Assembly: GCA_050575255.1 (NCBI GenBank)
Contig: JBNZDD010013628.1
Coordinates: 2,822,774 to 2,886,773 of the forward strand
Origin: Harriotta raleighana
Taxonomy: Eukaryota
DNA: 64,000 nucleotides
Direction of reading: 5' to 3'
The position numbers and the translations under genes were made by a program. Each line of letters begins with the position of its first letter. The stretch's first letter is position 1. Shown here in pieces: positions 50,661 to 62,225 of this stretch. The notes below the pieces were generated by a model. That model searched no databases, was not told the DNA's origin, and was given only the letters and a program-made list of their open reading frames with translations.

Positions 50661-52121
50661 AAATGCTGATAGAGAAAGTATCTGTCTTCCCTTTAGAACT
50701 TGCAGGTAAAGAATGGTTGAAGAGTGAAGGATGCATTATAACAAACTATTTTGTATCTGCCATTAAATCAATTCACCTTGAATGTTTTCAATTGAGATGC
50801 GGTGAAGACATAAAAGGGGTATTTCAGAGAAAATCATCACAAGGATAGATTTGTGTGGTCGATTTTGTTTTGTGATAGAACAACTAATTTAGAGCTGACT
50901 ACTTAAGAATGATTTTTATTCTTTCAGCAGATTTATAATGAAACTTGTGTCATCTTGGATTGTTACCTAGCTAAGTATTGCATTACAGAAATTTATAAGC
51001 GCCAGTATTTCTTTGCAAACAATTAAACTGGCTAGGAATACTGCAGCGCTGAACCAACAAGTAGGCCACATGGAGCAGAATAGAGGAGATGATCAAATAT
51101 GCAATCAAAGAAATAGGTCTTAAGAAGGGTTTTAGAGACCGAGAAGGGACGGAGGCAGGGAGTTGTACAGATTGAGGGCATATATTAGATTAACATCATA
51201 ATAATCCAGCATTTGTTATGGCACCTGATCATGTCTTTAAGATGTCTCAAACCACTTCACAGAATACACTGTTAAGTTCAGCGACTGTATATTTTGTGGG
51301 CAAAACAAATATTCACTGAAGGCGTAATGATGGTGGTACAGAGAGGGTAGAGTAACTATTTCTAGAATATAACACCTTGCTGGTATGAGAATATTTTAAA
51401 GGAATTCTGTTTCACTGAGCCATCATTTTTCTTTTGGACTCTCATTTGTAATAATGTTCATGTTTGCTTTGCATTCCCAACAACAGGTTATATCTGTGTA
51501 TTTTGCAAAATGTTTCTGAGATATTTGTTTGTGCATGAAAGGCCCTCCCAGGACTATATTGGAGTACCAGCCTGGACTGTTGAGGTGTGAATTCATAGCC
51601 TTCAGATTTACAGGCGAGAGTCCTACCAACTGAACGAGGCCGATATTTGATAGAAGCATAAATGGAAAGCTAATAGCTGCATTTTTATAGCATTTGAAAC
51701 CATTCACAAGTTTTTACTGTCCAATGTAGTGACATTTGTTGTCAAAGAAACACTTTTGCCAGATGGACTATATCAGTTGGAGTCCCTCCCTCTGATTAAT
51801 TCTTTTTTTGGTTCTTGACAGCATCATCACACAGAACCTGCTGCGGCTAAGAACTGCTGATCTAGCACCTCAGGCAGTCAGCACACAGTGGGAGACAGAC
51901 AACAACAATTCCTCTTCAAACAACAAAGAACTCCATCAGCAAACATTAGAAAATTACAGAATATATGTAGCCATCAGACTGGGATTGTGTCAACCCTTTA
52001 GACTCCATAAAACTGTGTTTCAATTGTTAAATTGATCCCAGACACGCAGCTGATGGCAGTGGAATTCAGCACAATTGTCTGTGGACATGACGTATTTCAA
52101 TGGATGAAAATTTACTCTCAC

Positions 52122-52211
52122 CTCCTCCTGATCTCAGACACCTCGCCAAGTCGTTGCCTGTTCCAAGTGGAAGAACTGCAACTGGAGGATGTTGGAGTAA
52201 ATTCGCTTTGT
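52122..52211 (-). CDS. DGKB: DGK coding exon: (D)[29 protein letters not shown](G)
   Basis: Seen: acceptor tttttttttgtag|AC, donor GGAG|gtgaga; 90 nt, phase 1 to 1. Contains the conserved PLGTGNDL motif. Not present in the ORF track. Confidence 0.94.
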
Positions 52212-52253
52212 CTACAAAAAAAAATGAAAGAAAAGCATTATAGTATTTTAGCT

Positions 52254-52446
52254 AAACAAAAACGCAATATACTGCAGATGCTGGAAACCTGAGAACTCTT
52301 AGCTGGTCAGGCAGCATCTATGCAGAAAGAAAAGTGAGGCAACTTTCTGACAAAGGGTTGTGGACCCAAAACGTTGACTCACTTTCCTTTCTCCAGAGAC
52401 ACTCCCTGGCCTGCCGAGTATTCTCAGCGATTTCTGTTTGTGTTTT
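52254..52446. mobile_element. Inverted pair of Penelope-like 3' termini
   Basis: ggtcaggcagcatctatgcagaaagaaaagtgag (-) pairs with ctcactttcctttctccagagacactccctggcc (+). Confidence 0.7.
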
Positions 52447-52759
52447 ATAATATCATAGCTGCTTTTCTATTAGAATATTTAGCAATTCAACCAATACACA
52501 TTAATCCTTTAAATTCACTTGGGTTTGAAAATACTGTACAAAATTGAGCTACCACTCGTATAGTTGCTAGTACTCCTGTAAGTGCAGCTGTGGTTATCCC
52601 CAATCTCTTTCCTTTGCTCCCTCTGCTTCTATCCTTCAAAATTATTTCTGTTCAAGAATGTATTCAATTATACTGTAGCTTTCAAGAAGGAAGTCAACAG
52701 GCAATATGAAAGAGAGGAGCTTAAAGGGGTATCTGACAGCATCAACCTCCATGACTCAA

Positions 52760-52975
52760 CCTCACCAAGCCCATCTAGGTGTCTTGCTTGAACCTCAACT
52801 GCCTTTTGTCCCCCACATCCAAATCATGACCCACTCTGCCTTCTCTCACCTCCGCAGTATTGCCCGACTCCACCACTACCTCACCCCTCAGGCTGCTGAA
52901 ACCCTCATTCATGCGTCAGTAATCCAGAACTCTGCGGCCCATGTCCTCTACCACTCCAAGCTTTGTGAATCCATT
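52760..52975 (+). mobile_element. L2 fragment
   Basis: Reads HLGVLLEPQLPFVPHI..AFSHLRSIARLHHYLTPQAAETLIHA. Confidence 0.8.
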
Positions 52976-54239
52976 GATCAGTGGTGGTCTGATTACCCAG
53001 AAGTTGGCCATTCATAGCTAGCAAAAACCAGGCCAAGATTGGCTATCTACACACATACTAATCAACAGTAAAGTATGAACTAGCAATCATTTCCAGTTAT
53101 ACCAAGATCCCATTTATGTTACAATGGGGCTCTACCTCATTCCACTAACAACTGTGACCTAACTAATCTCTTGTACAAATTTAACATTACTTCCTTGCAC
53201 TTGTATTCAATACAAGATTGTGCATTAAAATTTTCCAATACAGTCCAACATAAACAAATTTAAAATTTTGATGAAATCTTTGCATAACAATGGGTAAGGA
53301 GCAACTGAGCTACATGAAATATAGTGACCTAATTGTAATTTTGCATGCANTTACCCATTGTTATGCAAAGATTTCATCATAGCAACTGAGCTACATGAAA
53401 TATAGTGACCTAATTGTAATTTTGCATGCAATTCTGAAATATAAAAGCCAAATATACATGTAACCATACACCGACAATCCATTCGCCTCCTTACCCACAT
53501 TAGGCTGAATTGGGAAGAGCACATGACTCCCAGGCATTTGATTCGCCCTTCCAGTATAACTGTGAATTGTTCATGTGAGTCTGGTGTTAATTCAGGAATG
53601 TACAGTATAAGGTAAGAGATGCAGACAGGGGTAACAAAGCAATAGAAATGAATTTTAAATCATAGAAAGGGAGATAATAAATTGAGAGAAAAATGTTCTG
53701 AGAATAAATGGTATGGGGATAGGCTGGTATAGGTGTGACAACACTCCCCAGTCAGCACAGTATTGTAATCAGTTTGCATTTTGTGTGCAGACCAAAACCA
53801 CAATGTCACCAGTTCTAACTACTGTAGTTCAAATAATGGATTCTGTTGTACATGGCTAGAGATTGAGGAGAGTTGGCAATGGGGGAGTTGTAGGAGATAA
53901 ATGAGTACATTCTTAAAAATAGAGTTGTTTACGAATTTTTCAATCTATAACACTTGGTATTTCATCGAATAAGTAACGTGAACTTCACTTTTATGGTTTA
54001 ATGTCAAGTGAATCCATTGGGAATTCCTGCCTAAACAATTTCCTCTTTGAACTTACAGCCACTTACCACTTACACCCACTGCTTGGAGTCAGGTTCTTCC
54101 AATGTTAAGTGCTCTGACTCAATACCAGGGCTGGAGGGCTGAAGAATTGTACACTCTGTAATTCTTGGTAAAAAAAAATATTTCTCAACCATCCATTTCT
54201 GAGTGTATTTGTGGAAAGTACAATAGCCAAGGACCTTAC

Positions 54240-54325
54240 CTATACAATCCAAGATCCATCCTACAGTTCCATCCCCACCACAGGCCAGAACTCTAAAATT
54301 TGAGACGTCACGAAAAAAATTTAAC
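54240..54325 (-). CDS. DGKB: DGK coding exon with the ATP-binding motif: (G)[28 protein letters not shown](D)
   Basis: Seen: acceptor ctttactttttag|G, donor ATAG|gtaagg; 86 nt, phase 2 to 1; lies within ORF 54070..54369. GGDGT is the DAGK glycine-rich motif. Confidence 0.95.
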
Positions 54326-57300
54326 CTAAAAAGTAAAGAAAATATATTTAAATAAAGAGATCCAAACAATGCATTTACAAACTAGTATTGGAATCACCTG
54401 TTTTGGGGACTAAATACTCCCCCCTCACCCCCATTTTATTTTTTTCCTGATCAGTCAATCAGTTGTAGGTATGACTATGTAGGTCAGTCACAATTTCAGT
54501 GAAAAATGATGCATGGAAAAAGTTAATACAGTATACTGAACCAATTCTGCCTGAAATCTGTGAAAAAACGACTCAAACAATCTGAATTTTAAATTTTCCT
54601 CTGAAATATCTTCACACGATTAGCTTCAATCATATCTTTTGGCACTGAGTTCCACATTCTCACCACCCTCTGTGAAAACAAGTTTCCTAAACACCATTTT
54701 TGATCTATTACTGGTGGTCGCATGTTCATGACTTGAAAAAACAGAGCGGGGAAATATAGAATCCCTTATTGACTGTAATCACAATGTGTTTGAAATGCTT
54801 CAAACGAATTGGAAAAAAAGCATACTTCTGAAATGATTCCGGGAACCTTGTAACCTTTATTTTAACCAAATTAAAAGTGGTTAACTTTAACAAATGTTCC
54901 AGGTGAAAATCATTTAAATTGTGCCTAATTGTGCCCAAATGATGAAACCTCAATATAGAGCAATGGCAATTATCCATCAACACTAAAGATTACAAGCATT
55001 AGAGCTAAATTAAAGACTAGAGATGGAATCTGCATAGGACTTTGATTAGGATTAGAATGACCTTTTCATTTTCTCCAGCAAGTCCCTAAAATATATTTAA
55101 CAAATCTGTTAATTGAAAACAAAACTCCAGGCAGAAATACATTTCACAATGATTGGTATCTGCTAAAGTAACAGGGTTAAAAACATTCAAAGTAACTGCA
55201 TTCATTACTTCTACTTGAACGACTTCAGTGGTCTCACTGAGGTTGCTACAGATGCGATTTAAATAACCTTTACAAACGTATTAATTTTGGTAATGCTCAG
55301 TCCCATGGCAATGGTTCATTAGGGGATAAAACTCGCAATTCATTTATGTTACTCTCCAAACCTTGCTGGACACTTTCACGGGCTTTGACGGAAGTTTTTT
55401 TTTTTACTGTTGATTCGATTGAGCTAAGAGTGTAGTATGCTTTATGCCACACAAAAAACAGCTCCATTAGGATTAAAATAAAAGTAAGATTATCCCAGGA
55501 ATACCTTTAAATATAGAAAGGAAACAAGCAATTCTCCCCCAACGAGTATTGTACCATAGCAGTATTATTTTTTGTCAGAGATGGTATATTAAACAATACA
55601 TTTTGCAATTCTATAATGCCTTTTTATGTAGGGTGGGCACTTTACACAATATGCTCGGCACTCAAGCGAGGGTTTTCTGGGGGAGACGGAGGAAATTGAA
55701 GAGGGTGGGAGATCTATTATATTCACCACGAGTAAAGGCATTTCCTGTAGATTAACATTTTGCAGGATCAAATTCCTGGCCGAACAAAGTTCACTGATTT
55801 CAAAGGTCTAGTTGTAATGCTGTAATCAGTCTCTAACTCTCAAGCTTAGAGAAAGGTTAAAAAAAAGCAGCCAGTGGTTTAGTGGATCATTATTTCAAGA
55901 TTCTGAGTTGCATGTATGGACATCCTCAGTATAAGCTGTGACATACTCTACCCCCAATTGTACAGCCAGGCATGCCTCACTCTGAAGACTTGCACATGAA
56001 TATTGTCCGCTTGGGCAATGTAATAATAATTTAGCGTTTTGTATAGCGACTTTCACTTGAAAGGATGTCCCAAGCACTTCACAGGATTTACTGTGGAGTG
56101 ACTGTATTTGTGCAGCAATTTCCCACAAACAGCAATGAAATAGATGGCTACTTTTTTTTATCTTGCAGATTTTTCAATGAGAGTGAGAGTACTGAGCGAG
56201 GCTAACACATAAATAGAGGGTGAACACACAAATGGAACTGTACCCAGAGAAGGAGATATACAACTTCCGGAGAGGAAATGGAAAAATATTGGTAGAAAGA
56301 AAGTTACACTGTACTGTATTGTTTTGTATCAGAGATAGTGGGATCGAGATTAGAACTGGGAAGCCAAATTGATATTTTTTCCTCCCTTATTTAATGCACT
56401 GAGATCAACGGTATTGTCCATTCTCCCACTTGTGCAATATCAGCTAACTAAAACAACTGAGAGTTGATACTGGGATCCTCCTCCTCTTTGTGTTTTCTTT
56501 AAAAGTAAATCACACTTGGAAATGTGAGTCTCCTAAACATCTGCTAGATTGAGTTTTCCTCAAGTCGGAACACAAATCTAATTGGTAGTTTGACAAAACT
56601 GAGCTTTCCAAACTTTGTTTTGATCCCTCAATTTTAAACTGCAAATAGTTGCCTGCTTGTAAGAGAGAATTAGGTATAGTAGAGTCACACATGAGTTGAA
56701 AGGAAAGATATCCATAAACAGGTGAAATTACTCAGAAATATATTCCTATTTTATGTAGGACTGTTTGGTGCTCTGGCTATCATTTTGGAAACAAAACTGG
56801 GAATAAACTTACTGTGTTCGGTAAGGATCCAGATCATTACAATAATAATCCTTGCATTTAATATAGTGCTTTTCACATTTTCTAGATGTCTCTAAGCCCC
56901 TAAATTACAAGTCCCCAAATTAGTATTCACTGATGGAAAGGACAAGGTATAATTGAGTGTTAACATCAGCAAGGGTCTTACTCATGTGAAGTCTTGAGAT
57001 CTTTGCAGGATATTCATACAATCATAACACCATTCTGAAAGCTTACTCTATATTACTTCACTGTTACTTGAATGATCATTTCTCAATTCTAACAGGATGA
57101 CTTTCTGAAAAAAAAAGTTACAGAATGGATTGGTAGAATTTACCCTCCAGCATGTTGGGCAAATTATTAATCCTATATAATTTGTATATAATTATTTTAC
57201 TGCAAAGGAGTTTTAGTAAAAATGCATTTGTTCACTGTAGTCATGTTTCTGTTTTACAGGAAGCAGCCTCTATGGTTGATTGGAAAGCAGACGTTTAAGA

Positions 57301-59117
57301 TATTATACTGTTGTTTGTGAATTAGGAAACAGATGTGTCTGATTATCTAGCCTTAGGCTGCCTGCAATCTTGTAATGTTTCTGTAAGGGTAAGATTTATC
57401 AACTTGTACATCCCACCCTGCTGGGAACACAGGGTATCATAACAAGCTGCACAGCACATAATTCATACAAGGCTGCTCTTTGCCATTTGTCTTCAGCAGT
57501 AATGAAATATGTCAACTTAGAGCACCATAATAGTTTCTACATAGATTTAAATTACTTCACTTCCACATAGTAGCGACTCAGAAACGCACAAACTGAAGTG
57601 CACTTTTCTGATCATATTATCCATGAAGGGACAGTATATTGTATAGCCAAAATGATTGACACTTGGAAACAAATGCAAATTCTATCAACAACTGTGGTTT
57701 GCATTTACCTAATGCAATTTATAATTTTATGGGCTGCAATTCTTTGTTTAATGTTAAGTGCAGAGCTTTGCCCACCACATTAGATTGAGTGTCAAGACAA
57801 CGCAAGATGACATGATCATATTTTAGGGGCTCCACTAAACAAAAAGCAGTACCCGAGGACTTGAGGATAGCCAGTATTATATCCTTGATCAAAGAAATAG
57901 CATTAGCTTGGAATGATAGCCCAGGTAGACTAGCATCTGGAACTAGAAAAAAGCTTGCGAGCATTGTACAGGCTGCTACCAGTACTCCAAGTGGATTTAG
58001 ACACAGATTATGCATAGAGATAAGAAGAAAGCTTTCCCACAGTGTAGTAGGTATGTGAATAGTCCCCAATCTAAATCATTGAGTCGGTAGAGAAAGAAAG
58101 AGGAATTCTAAATTACTACAAATAATTTAAGCATTTGCTTTATTTGGAAAACAAAGGAAGATTCAGTGCAGAATATGTAAAAGCAAGATATAGTAACAAT
58201 TTCTGTGCGATTAAGGAAGTAAATAAAGGGGAATGAAGGTCTGAATGGATAGAAACCTAAGCATAATTGGAAATAATAATTCTTGCATTTGATATTGTAC
58301 ATTTCATACCAGGAGGACATCCCAAACATTCAGAGGATATATTACCCCTCGTGAAGGTCCTGTGTAAATGCAAGTAGTTGAGGCAATTTTGCAGGTGAAA
58401 ACAGCAGCTAAGTCAGCACACCACAACAGCTCTGAAGTGAGTGACCAATTTCATTTATTTTAAATGATACAATGGATGTGTACGCTGGAGCTTTTGCTCA
58501 ACAATATTCTGGATCGAGGAAAGTGGATTATAAAAAGATCTCCATGGAAATAAAATGACATCCATGACAGGGTAGTTGCTTCCACAGTCAGTGAAGTACA
58601 AAGCACCAAGACCAAAATCGCCACAATCGTTCACTTATTCCACGTTTACTTAAGCTCCAATGAAACCAATCAATGGGGAGGTCAAGAAATAATATTCTGG
58701 TTGTAATGATCTGCAGTAAGTTGGCCGAAGCAATATAGTAATGGGAGAAAAATCCTTCTCTTGTCGACTTTGTCAATTCTTCTACATCTAACGGATTGGA
58801 ATTTCAGTCCAATGGTGCCCCTGTTATTGTTAATGAACTAATGATACTCAGCAAAACACTAAACAAAGTTTATTTTTCAGAAGCAGAGCAGCTATGCACA
58901 ATACGTTGTTCGATCAATATGGTCAACACTTCTTGTATCTTCTGAATCTTCTCATCACAAACACAAGAGACAAGCCATTGAGTCTAAACTGGTGGTATCT
59001 TAACCGCAAGCATCAAAATGATCTCCGGTTGTTGTTTTTAGAATATTTTACAGCATGTTTTAAGTCAGGAGAACATCTTACAGAGCACTTCATACAGATG
59101 ACTGTGTAGCAATTATT

Positions 59118-59133
59118 GGGGGGGGGGGGGGGG
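59118..59133 (+). repeat. G16 homopolymer
   Basis: 16 consecutive Gs. Confidence 0.9.
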
Positions 59134-59332
59134 TAACTTGCAGCTGAAAGGTTGGTTGTTTGCTAAATGGAAGGAGCAGTCAGGGCAGTAGAGTCAGGGA
59201 CACATAGGTTGGGGTCAGATTATGTTATTTTAACAAATGAGTGAATGTTGAAAGTATTAATTATGGGAGGAACTGATTATTTTCCCCATTTTGGTATAAT
59301 ATTCCCAGCTTCTATGTTAACAAGAGACTTAC

Positions 59333-59407
59333 CCTGGCATTGGCCCACTATTGGCAAGATTGTAAACCTGGCGTGGATTCAGAAGGAACTGGAACTTTCT
59401 GAAGATT
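59333..59407 (-). CDS. DGKB: DGK coding exon: (R)[24 protein letters not shown](G)
   Basis: Seen: acceptor tattcttccgcag|A, donor CCAGG|gtaagt; 75 nt, phase 2 to 2, in frame with both neighbours. LLNPRQV and GPMPG match recalled DGKB. Confidence 0.93.
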
Positions 59408-61144
59408 CTGCGGAAGAATACAAACACATCACATTAATTTTTCCGCCCCTCCCTCCAAGGCAATCTGTTTCATGTTAAACATTTCACGCGTTTGCTAAAG
59501 GGTAAAGTTAATAAAGCAAAAACGAGTTTTTTTGATACACAAAATAATGTGTGCAGATGTATCGCTTAATAGCAAGAAAGCAAGCAGTATTTATTGTAAT
59601 TATTTTACTTTTTAATGATGATTTATAATGAAGGCCGTTTCCAGGGGTCAGGTTGGTACTGGTGTCGCACCTAATTAATGTCCCCAGGCGTAGCGTTTTC
59701 AACAGCATCACATGCTGAAACATTGCAGAGTCACATGGGAGGATAAATGGAGGCACTTGCAGGAGATATTAACTAGACATGACACTTGTACCAGGTCATT
59801 TGTTTTCCACACTTTATTTTCACCATAACATTAATGACTAGCAACTCAATCATTTAATGAGTAGCACCTCCAATCATACAATATTCAGCGTTTCATGGTG
59901 ACAAAATACAATTTCAGAACTGTGTTTAACATGTGTTTGCATCTTCCAAATAGGCAAAAAAAAAACTGCTGGTATGATTAAAAGAACATTGCTAATTTTA
60001 AAGGATCTTAAATGCAAACGGATTAAATGAAATCAATATCGCGATCGATAATGCAGCATATATTGCATTAAGAAATTCCTCAAGTATTGAATGTAAACTA
60101 CCCAGATGTGCTGGAAGTGGAACTCAATGCTGTCGGCAATTGCGATATCCTGAAGTTTGTTTCCAGCTCATGGATCACAACTCACAACTGATGGTTAATA
60201 GGATCACGACTCGACTCTGAATTACACTGAAGCTGCTAAGCTGCTAACCAGCACTCAGAAGCCTAGTTCTGAAAAACGAAGGTGGAAATCCACTTTTACG
60301 ATGTTTGGGTGTCGTGGGACGGCGGTGGGGTGGGGTGGGAGACGGGGGGAGAGAGGAATTCCACCACACCTGGGTAACTTATAGTTTATTACTTCAAAAA
60401 ATCTTTACAATTAAACATTGCATTTTTGACCCCATCATGACTATAATACTAAGCCATAATGACTGGAAGATCACACGTTTCGATTCCCAATCTGCAGTGT
60501 TATTAGCTGATCTCCAGGGAGGGGATTGAGGAGAAGCAGTGTTCAAGTTTTCAATTAATTTAAGCATTTTCCACACTTCTGCTTAAGTTTGAAGATAACA
60601 TTTTCAAGGCATTCGAACATGAGCCATTTGGGACCTTAGGCTCATGCAGAATCAAACTCTGCAGTGATGGGCCTTACAGTCAAATCGCTGGTACACACGT
60701 ACAAAGTCAAAACTTACATATTAGTTAAGACCATTTGGGCTGGGTATTCAAAGGTAATTGACACAAGAACAACACAACAACAAAATTACACTTGTTTTGC
60801 GCCTTTCACGTCGGGAGGACGTCCCAAAGCACTGAGAAGGCTACGAGAAGATATGTAGCCTGATAAAAGGAAAGTTTTAAGGAAGAATAAATAATATTCA
60901 GACTTCAGATGACCAATAACTAATATACAGCTTTTTTTCTGAGAACTTGAAAAGGTTTATGTGCAATTCAATACTTTATTTTAAACTCTTTAAAATTTCC
61001 TGTAGTATACAACCGTATATATATCGCCCACAAATATACACTTTACAATATTTGCTGAAAAGTGCTTTGAGTTGTCGATAAGATCTAAAAAGCGCTACAT
61101 CAAATGCAAGGATTATTATTTATTATTAACTGAATTATGATTTA

Positions 61145-61740
61145 GATTAAAAATACAAAATACTGCAAATATTGGAAGTCTGAAACAAAAATAGAAATCG
61201 CTGGGAACACTCATCTGTGGAGAAAGGAAAGTGAGTCAAAGTTCTGTGTCCATGACCCTTTGTCACAACTGGAACATGTTGGGAGGGAGAGGCTTTTAAG
61301 GACTAACAGAGAGGGAGGAAGCATAGCTAGGAAGGTTAGTCCTTAAAGGGAGAAAATGTGGCAGTGGGCAGGGTTAAATGCGATTAATGGGGCAAAACAA
61401 AGGGGGGAAGGTTTGCAACAAAACTGGAGAAAGAGGTATTAGCAATGCAAAACAAGGAGAGGGAAGATTAGCAACAGAACAGGCAGACCAGAGAGAGAAA
61501 AGGTGTGTCTGGGTCCCAGATGATCTGGTAATGGTCACAGAAGAGGGGTAGGGTGAGCTGTTATGGTCTGAAATTGTTGAAATCAATATTGAGGCTAGAG
61601 GGCTGCAAGGTCCATTGTGAATGAATAAGGTGCTGTTCCTTGAGCTTGTGCTGCGAGTTATTGGAACAGCATAGGAGACTGTGGATGCAAGTGGAAAGGA
61701 GAATTGAAGTTGCAAGAAACCAGAAGCTCAGGGTTATACT
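61145..61740 (-). mobile_element. Penelope-like retroelement 3' fragment (GIY-YIG endonuclease C-terminus plus terminal repeat)
   Basis: ORF 61561..61770 LLCCSNNSQHKLKEQHLIHSQWTLQPSSLNIDFNNFR resembles the PLE end motif RKLEEQHLIFxLGTLQPxGLN. Confidence 0.8.
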
Positions 61741-62151
61741 TGCAGGCAGAACAGAATGATTTATATTCAATTCATCAAGATAGTTTTAGGGACAAAGCTT
61801 GAAATAGAACAGAAAACCCTAACAGCAAAAATTCCACTGCAGTAAGGATGTCCCATTAACACAGACTGCAAATTTGATAAACTCTATTTGACCAGTGAAT
61901 TTTGCTCCATTAGATGAAAATGCTCAGAAAACCTATGGTTATTAAGTTACTTCATCTCCATCTTTGAGCTGAAATCTATTTGAGTATTGTAATATATTGA
62001 AATTACATTCAAAGCATCTGCATGTCATGCTCCGAGTTAAAGAAATTAGCTGATTGTGGAAAGTCACGATTTGCGCGCACGTGTGTTTGTGGTTGCACTT
62101 GTAGTTGAATGTGTCATTTCATTTATTTTGTAGACAAAACCAGACACTCAC

Positions 62152-62225
62152 CTTTCTCCCTGCTTGCCACCACTTTTGGGATTGACCAGCACCAGAAGTG
62201 GATGTGTGCCTGGAATTGGTGTGAT
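62152..62225 (-). CDS. DGKB: Type I diacylglycerol kinase (beta-like) coding exon, start of DAGKc catalytic domain: [24 protein letters not shown](R)
   Basis: Seen: acceptor ttttctctctcccag|ATC, donor GAAAG|gtgagt; 74 nt, phase 0 to 2. Known: HPLLVxVNPKSGG is the hallmark DAGKc start. The DGKB versus DGKG call is an inference from recalled sequences. Confidence 0.93.

Noticed and set aside
55720-55760. Minus-strand ATC TAC AGG AAA (IYRK) resembling the start of a DGKB exon
   Set aside because: There is no AG acceptor and a stop follows five codons later. The real exon is 59333-59407.
59118-59133. G16 run as a G-quadruplex element
   Set aside because: It is a simple homopolymer of unreliable length and reads as poly-C in the transcript. 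Nothing else supports a function.
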